Part shown: positions 59,278-64,000 of the stretch, one piece after another | Numbering within the stretch: position 1 is the stretch's first letter | Layout: each line of letters begins with the position of its first letter | DNA from: Methanothrix sp. | Lineage (GTDB): Archaea; Halobacteriota; Methanosarcinia; Methanotrichales; Methanotrichaceae | Direction: 5' to 3' | DNA length: 64,000 nucleotides | Assembly: GCA_037128175.1 (NCBI GenBank) | Contig: JBAXWY010000004.1 | Coordinates: forward strand, 76,555 to 140,554 | Translations under genes and position numbers: made by a program | Notes under the pieces: model-generated | The model's database searches: none | What the model was told of the DNA's origin: nothing | Seen by the model: the letters and a program-made list of their open reading frames with translations, nothing else

Positions 59278-59952
59278 ATGATATTCGTCTATTCTCTCGG
59301 CGGCTCCATCCTGGCAGGCCGCGATACGCAAAGCCTCAAGGAGTACGCCCAGGCCCTCAAAGAGCTGGCCCTGGAGCACCAGATCTACGTCGTCGTGGGC
59401 GGCGGCAGGATCGCCCGCGAGTACATCGAAAAGGCCCGGGCGCTGGGCGCATCGGAGATGTTCTGCGACACCATCGGCATTGGCGCCACCAAGCTCAACT
59501 CGGCGCTGCTCGTGGCTGCTCTTGGTGATGCGGCGCCGCAAGAGATCCCTGAGACCTATGCCCAGGCAGCGCGGCTGGCCGGACCCGGCAAGATCGTAGT
59601 AATGGGCGGCGTGGCCGTGGGCCAGACTACGGACGCAGTATCTGCTCTCTTGGCGGAGTACGTGCACGCCGACAAGCTGGTCGTCGCTACCTCGGTGGAC
59701 GGAGTTTACACCGCCGATCCGGAGAAGGACCCCGCTGCGAAGAAGCTGGTGCGTATGTCCTTCCAGGCGCTGGCCCGCCTGGCCATGGAGACGGAGATGA
59801 AGGCCGGCTCGCGCTCACCCGTCGATCCCCTGGCCGCCAAGATCATCGAAAGAAGCTCCATACCTACCGCTATCGTTCTGGGCAGCAAAATTGAAAATTT
59901 GAGAAAAGGTGCCCTGGGAGGGCACACGGGAACTGAGATCAGGCGGGAGTAA
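59278..59952 (+). CDS. pyrH: UMP kinase (archaeal)
   Basis: SLGGS, VVGGG..AR.YI, GQTTDAV, VDGVY..DP, DPLAAKII.RS. Confidence 0.95.
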   Translation: MIFVYSLGGSILAGRDTQSLKEYAQALKELALEHQIYVVVGGGRIAREYIEKARALGASEMFCDTIGIGATKLNSALLVAALGDAAPQEIPETYAQAARLAGPGKIVVMGGVAVGQTTDAVSALLAEYVHADKLVVATSVDGVYTADPEKDPAAKKLVRMSFQALARLAMETEMKAGSRSPVDPLAAKIIERSSIPTAIVLGSKIENLRKGALGGHTGTEIRRE

Positions 59953-60805
59953 GCGTCTTTACCAGGTCGCCGGGTGAGACGATGCCCCACATGGCTCCTT
60001 GCTCGGTGACGACCAGCTGGCTGGCGCCCGTCCGGCCCAGCATCTTGATGGCCTCGTAGATGGGCTCCTCGGAGTCGATGGTCAAAAAGCCGCGGGTCAT
60101 GATCTCCCTGGCTTCCTGATTGGTCTTGCCGTCCGCCACAGCACGGGTGATGTCGGCCATGTTGATCAATCCCGGTGAGCTGTCATCCACCAGGGCCTCA
60201 GAGACACCGTTGTGCACCAGTATGCGCGATGCCTCCTGTAGAGAGGCGCCGGGCGGTATGTGTACGGCGCGCCGCGCGATCCCCTTGACGGGCACTTTGG
60301 GCACGGATATCATCTCCTCGATATGGAAAATGAGCCGGCTCATGGTGTCGTCCCTGCCCGTCACTTTGCCCCGGATGTAGAGCTTGTTTACCGGTGTGGG
60401 TCCGACCTCAATGCAGTCTCCCACATTGAATTCCCTGATGTTGCCGATGATGCGTACCACGCCGTCACATTGCTGCGAGTGCATGACCTTGTTGAAGATG
60501 ATCTCGCTGGCGGTGGTGCCCTCCATCATCACACCATTGCGGATTACGGGGACGGTTACCACATCTCCCGTGGCTTCGATATTAAGCGCCTCGAAGGCAG
60601 CGCCCGTAGCCCTGTACCCGCCCTTGGGACCAGGCACGCCTTCTACCAGGTTCAAGGCTTTGAGGGATTGCATCTGATTTCGGATGGTGCCGGGATTTCT
60701 GTCTATCAGCTCGGCAATCTCCTCGCCCTTCACTGCTCGCCCTTCAACACGATGAATGTTGATCAATGCGGTTAAGATGTCTCTTTGAACAGGTGTCAAA
60801 TCCAT
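59939..60805 (-). CDS. HrcA-like HTH plus CBS-domain regulator
   Basis: LTPVQ..IL.ALI...VKGEEIA...RNPGTIRNQMQSL..L.LVEGVPGPKGGY; C-terminal CBS pair. Confidence 0.88.
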   Translation of the reverse strand: MDLTPVQRDILTALINIHRVEGRAVKGEEIAELIDRNPGTIRNQMQSLKALNLVEGVPGPKGGYRATGAAFEALNIEATGDVVTVPVIRNGVMMEGTTASEIIFNKVMHSQQCDGVVRIIGNIREFNVGDCIEVGPTPVNKLYIRGKVTGRDDTMSRLIFHIEEMISVPKVPVKGIARRAVHIPPGASLQEASRILVHNGVSEALVDDSSPGLINMADITRAVADGKTNQEAREIMTRGFLTIDSEEPIYEAIKMLGRTGASQLVVTEQGAMWGIVSPGDLVKTLTPA

Positions 60806-60947
60806 AATTCGATCAACATTGTTCATTATTAATGTCCTATATAGATTTATTGATCGAAAAATCGCCTGAAAAATTTGGTTTAACCTGAATCGGATTTTAA
60901 ACGCTTCATTGCCGAGCAATTCAGCTCAAAATCGGTATTAAAACGCC

Positions 60948-62060
60948 TTATTTTCTCATAGGACATGTTTTGCTCTTTTTGTAGGGGAAAGCCCCCATGC
61001 GCCGCCAGATTTTTTTGATGGGCTCCTCGAAGATGTTGCCCCAGGCCTCGGGGTAGCAGGAACAGGGATAGACCTCTCCGGCCGGTGTTATGTGCATCCA
61101 GCTGGTGGCGGCAAAGCAGCCGAAACGCTGGTAGGCCTCGGGAACGGAAAATATGCGCGGTGATCCTGCCTTTTGGACAAAGTCGGCCAGAAGGGCGTGA
61201 TCGGCGGGCAGAAGAGCGATGTTTTGCCGCTCCGACCAGCGGCCTGTACAGACCACCTCAAAGAACGTCAGCTCGTGCACTTTCATGCGGCGGGCAAGCT
61301 CATGGAACCCCTGTAGATGAAGCATGTTCTCCCGACGCAATACCACGTAGAGGTTCACCAGCAGGCCGGCAGCAAGGGCATTTTCAATAGCCGACATGGC
61401 CTCGGAAAAGACGCCCGCCCGCCCGCGCATGACATCATGCTCCGCCTCGATGGGGCTGTCCAGGCTGACGTTTACGGCATAAAGGCCCGCTTCCTTCAGC
61501 CGGCGCGCGAGCGCGGCCGTAAATCCCGCCCCGGAGGTGAAGAGGGTGGAGATGGCCCTATCATCCACAGATGCCACCAGCTCCGGCAGCTCTCCGTAGA
61601 AGGCCGGCTCTCCACCATCGAATATGACCAGCGTGGTTCCCATGTCCAGAACCTGGCCGATGATGTCTTTGACGGTGTGAGGGGCGAGGCAAAGCTTGTT
61701 CCCGGAATTTGGCAAGGCGCAGTGAGCGCAGCGGTTGGGGCACTCCTCGGTGATGGAGATGGTAACCTGGTCCGGGGTACGCCTGCCCAGCAAGGCCCGC
61801 AGCCGGCTGTCGGCTAACCGGGAAAAAGCCCGGCTGGGGATGGGCGGGATCCAGGTAGACAGGCAGAGCTTTTCTGAATCTGCGTGAGCTGCAATCTGCC
61901 CGTCAAACATCTGCAGGGCGGACTTGACGATGGGCAAATGGGCCAGAGGGCCATGGGCATCAACTTTCACGAGGGCCTGCGCCGCGCCCTCTTGCAGGCG
62001 AGCCTCGGCCTTGAGCAGGGGATTGTCGTAAAGCGGGTAGGATTTAGAGCCGGACATCAA
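60948..62060 (-). CDS. Radical SAM/SPASM(twitch) protein
   Basis: [19 protein letters not shown]......I.P.G.V.PC...GN. Confidence 0.92.
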   Translation of the reverse strand: MMSGSKSYPLYDNPLLKAEARLQEGAAQALVKVDAHGPLAHLPIVKSALQMFDGQIAAHADSEKLCLSTWIPPIPSRAFSRLADSRLRALLGRRTPDQVTISITEECPNRCAHCALPNSGNKLCLAPHTVKDIIGQVLDMGTTLVIFDGGEPAFYGELPELVASVDDRAISTLFTSGAGFTAALARRLKEAGLYAVNVSLDSPIEAEHDVMRGRAGVFSEAMSAIENALAAGLLVNLYVVLRRENMLHLQGFHELARRMKVHELTFFEVVCTGRWSERQNIALLPADHALLADFVQKAGSPRIFSVPEAYQRFGCFAATSWMHITPAGEVYPCSCYPEAWGNIFEEPIKKIWRRMGAFPYKKSKTCPMRK

Positions 62061-62395
62061 TAGACATCCTCGGGATCAAAGACCTTCTCGCCTACAATAA
62101 TGCCTTCCAGGGTGCGGTAGAAGCATGACCTGTAGCCGGTATGGCACGCTCCGCCCTCCTGCTCGATTAACAGCAGAACGGCATCTTCGTCGCAGTCGAT
62201 CCTGATCTCTAACACCCGCTGAAAATGCCCGGAGGACTCGCCCTTCAGCCAGAGCTTCTTTCGCGAGCGGGACCAGTAGTGGGCCTTGCCCGTCTCTTTG
62301 GTCTTGGCCAGGGCCTCGTCGTTCATGTAGGCCAGCATGAGCACCTCTCCGGTCTTGGCGTCCTGAGCGATAGCCGGGATCAACCTGTCAGTCAT
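62057..62395 (-). CDS. hisI: Phosphoribosyl-AMP cyclohydrolase
   Basis: [34 protein letters not shown]. Confidence 0.96.
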   Translation of the reverse strand: MTDRLIPAIAQDAKTGEVLMLAYMNDEALAKTKETGKAHYWSRSRKKLWLKGESSGHFQRVLEIRIDCDEDAVLLLIEQEGGACHTGYRSCFYRTLEGIIVGEKVFDPEDVY

Positions 62396-62467
62396 CAAGA
62401 GGATAATAGTGATATAACCTATAAGGGCCTTGCTGCATAGAGAATAAGCATAGAATAGGATAGAATA

Positions 62468-63652
62468 ATGATGAAGTGCATCACCTGCAAAGGCCGGGGG
62501 CTGTGCGGCCGGCCCGTCTGCCCCATACTGCGCCGCCTGGAGGAGACGGCGGCCCTGCCCCGCATCGGCAAGAGCCTGGAAGGCATGTCCCCGCCCGAGG
62601 TTTTCGTGGGCAGGCACGGCTATCCACTGGTAAGAGCCGGGCCCATGGTGCCCGCCGGCGGCAACCCAGGGCAGCCCGTCGAGCCGGCCAGTCTGGCCAT
62701 GGACATCGGCGAGATCATAGCGGCGCGCTCGGCCATGGTCCGCTCCGAGAGCAAGATAGTAATAAAAGAGGCGGAGGCGCCGGGAAGGCTGCTGGAGGCC
62801 ATGCAGCAGATCGCCCTGTCTTCGGCTCCGGTGGGAACTGAAGTCTCATTTTACAAGCCGCCCCGGGGCAGGCTGCAGTTTGACGGCGTTCTCTCCCCCT
62901 CCGGTCCATCTGGTGAAATGAGTGGGATGCAGATCACCACCAATCCGCTTATTCCCAGGAAGGTGGACCAGATGGTGGAAGACAGGGACGCCGCTGCAGC
63001 GACAGCAGTTGCCGATCTTTACACCAGCGGAATTGGCACGGATCACATCTCACGCATGCTTTCCTTAGGCCTTTTGGGCAAGAAGAGAAAGCTGGTGCCC
63101 ACCCGTTGGTCCATTACCGCCTCGGACGACATGATCGGCAAGCTGCTCAAGGAGACGGTTTTGGACTGTCGCCAGGTGAACGATTACTATCTCTTCTCCG
63201 GCGAAGACCTGGGAAATCACTTCGAGATCCTGCTTTTGCCGCGGCCCTTCAGCTTCGAGCTGGTGGAGATCTGGCGGGCCCGCTCCGTGTGGGCGGAAGA
63301 GGGCTTCATCGGCGGTGATCGAGAGGACGCGCAGGCCAAAAAGCAGTACAGCCCTCTGGCAGGCGGCTACTACGCGGCGCGTCTGGCCGTCCTGGAGCAC
63401 CTGGCCGGGCAGGGCCGCCAGGCCGGCGTGCTGGCGGTGCGGGAAATCTCGGAGGCTTATTGGGCCCCTCTGGGAGTGTGGGTGGTGCGAGAGGTGGCTA
63501 GATCGGCCATGCGTTCGCCTCCGGCGCGCTTTGGCAGCCTGGGAGAAGCGATGGAGGAGATGGAGAAGAGGATCAGGACGCCGGCGGGAGAGTGGCGCAA
63601 GGAGGCACAGCTCTTGGCGCGACCGGTGCAGAGGAGCCTGATGGAGTTTTAA
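62468..63652 (+). CDS. nreA: Nre-family DNA repair protein
   Basis: C..CKG..LCG...[35 protein letters not shown]-terminal PIP-like QRSLMEF. Confidence 0.93.
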   Translation: MMKCITCKGRGLCGRPVCPILRRLEETAALPRIGKSLEGMSPPEVFVGRHGYPLVRAGPMVPAGGNPGQPVEPASLAMDIGEIIAARSAMVRSESKIVIKEAEAPGRLLEAMQQIALSSAPVGTEVSFYKPPRGRLQFDGVLSPSGPSGEMSGMQITTNPLIPRKVDQMVEDRDAAAATAVADLYTSGIGTDHISRMLSLGLLGKKRKLVPTRWSITASDDMIGKLLKETVLDCRQVNDYYLFSGEDLGNHFEILLLPRPFSFELVEIWRARSVWAEEGFIGGDREDAQAKKQYSPLAGGYYAARLAVLEHLAGQGRQAGVLAVREISEAYWAPLGVWVVREVARSAMRSPPARFGSLGEAMEEMEKRIRTPAGEWRKEAQLLARPVQRSLMEF

Positions 63653-63713
63653 GAAGAAAGAAGACGCGACGTTACTGCCAGAAAAATGGAAAAAGAGAGG
63701 TTGATCTAGCCTT

Positions 63714-64000
63714 TTAAGCTGAGGGGCCGTTCAGCCACATGTTGGTCCAGTAATACCAGTTATCTTCAACGCGAGAGCTGGAGTAAATGCCATTCAACTT
63801 TTGAAGTTGTTTATACGTATTGGCGTTCTCCAGTGCAGCTTGTGGATCCTTGAATGCATAGGGGTTGGACATTGTCCCATAAATATTTGCCACATTAGTT
63901 CCCGTTGCTTCTTGGGGTCCGTTCAGCCACATGTTGGTCCAATAGTACCAGTTATCTTCAACGCGAGAGCTGGAGTAAATGCCATTCAACTTTTGAAGTT
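63714..64000 (-). CDS. 3' end of a protein with 64-aa internal repeats (runs off window)
   Basis: LQKLNGIYSSSRVEDNWYYWTNMWLNGP occurs twice, 192 nt apart. Confidence 0.75.
   Translation of the reverse strand, partial: LQKLNGIYSSSRVEDNWYYWTNMWLNGPQEATGTNVANIYGTMSNPYAFKDPQAALENANTYKQLQKLNGIYSSSRVEDNWYYWTNMWLNGPSA

Overview
Archaeal chromosomal window from a methanogen, most likely a Methanothrix (Methanosaeta)-like member of Methanosarcinales. This is inferred from top6AB, archaeal RPA, Nop5, class I LysRS, NreA, DUF1699, TATA-type promoters and many secreted proteins rich in N-glycosylation sequons. Most of the window is housekeeping: pyrG, top6BA, RPA, cupin PGI, split fumarase, cobyrinate/Ni-sirohydrochlorin amidase, cbiMNQO, xseAB, trpBA, sufCB, lysA, lysS, pyrE, tRNA-Gln(CTG), hsp20, glyS, adk, pyrH, hisI and nreA. 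Three AT-richer accessory islets are present and each contains a lesion: an AbrB/PIN pair with an in-frame amber beside a KAP NTPase, an ABC-ATPase/DUF4276 pair with an internal deletion, and a frameshifted membrane-anchored NB-ARC/TPR gene. The most unusual signals are (i) a pyruvoyl-dependent arginine decarboxylase homolog with a signal peptide and five N-glycosylation sequons, (ii) several unannotated intergenic segments that fold by eye into nested multi-helix RNAs with strand-consistent G-U pairs (15650-15860, 24583-24772 and a convergent pair at 51274-51710), (iii) a dispersed 8-bp-unit palindromic repeat family, one copy of which has been recruited into a protein C-terminus, and (iv) a tandem partial adk duplication resembling an integration scar. 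All family calls come from motif recognition by eye; no searches or folding programs were run.
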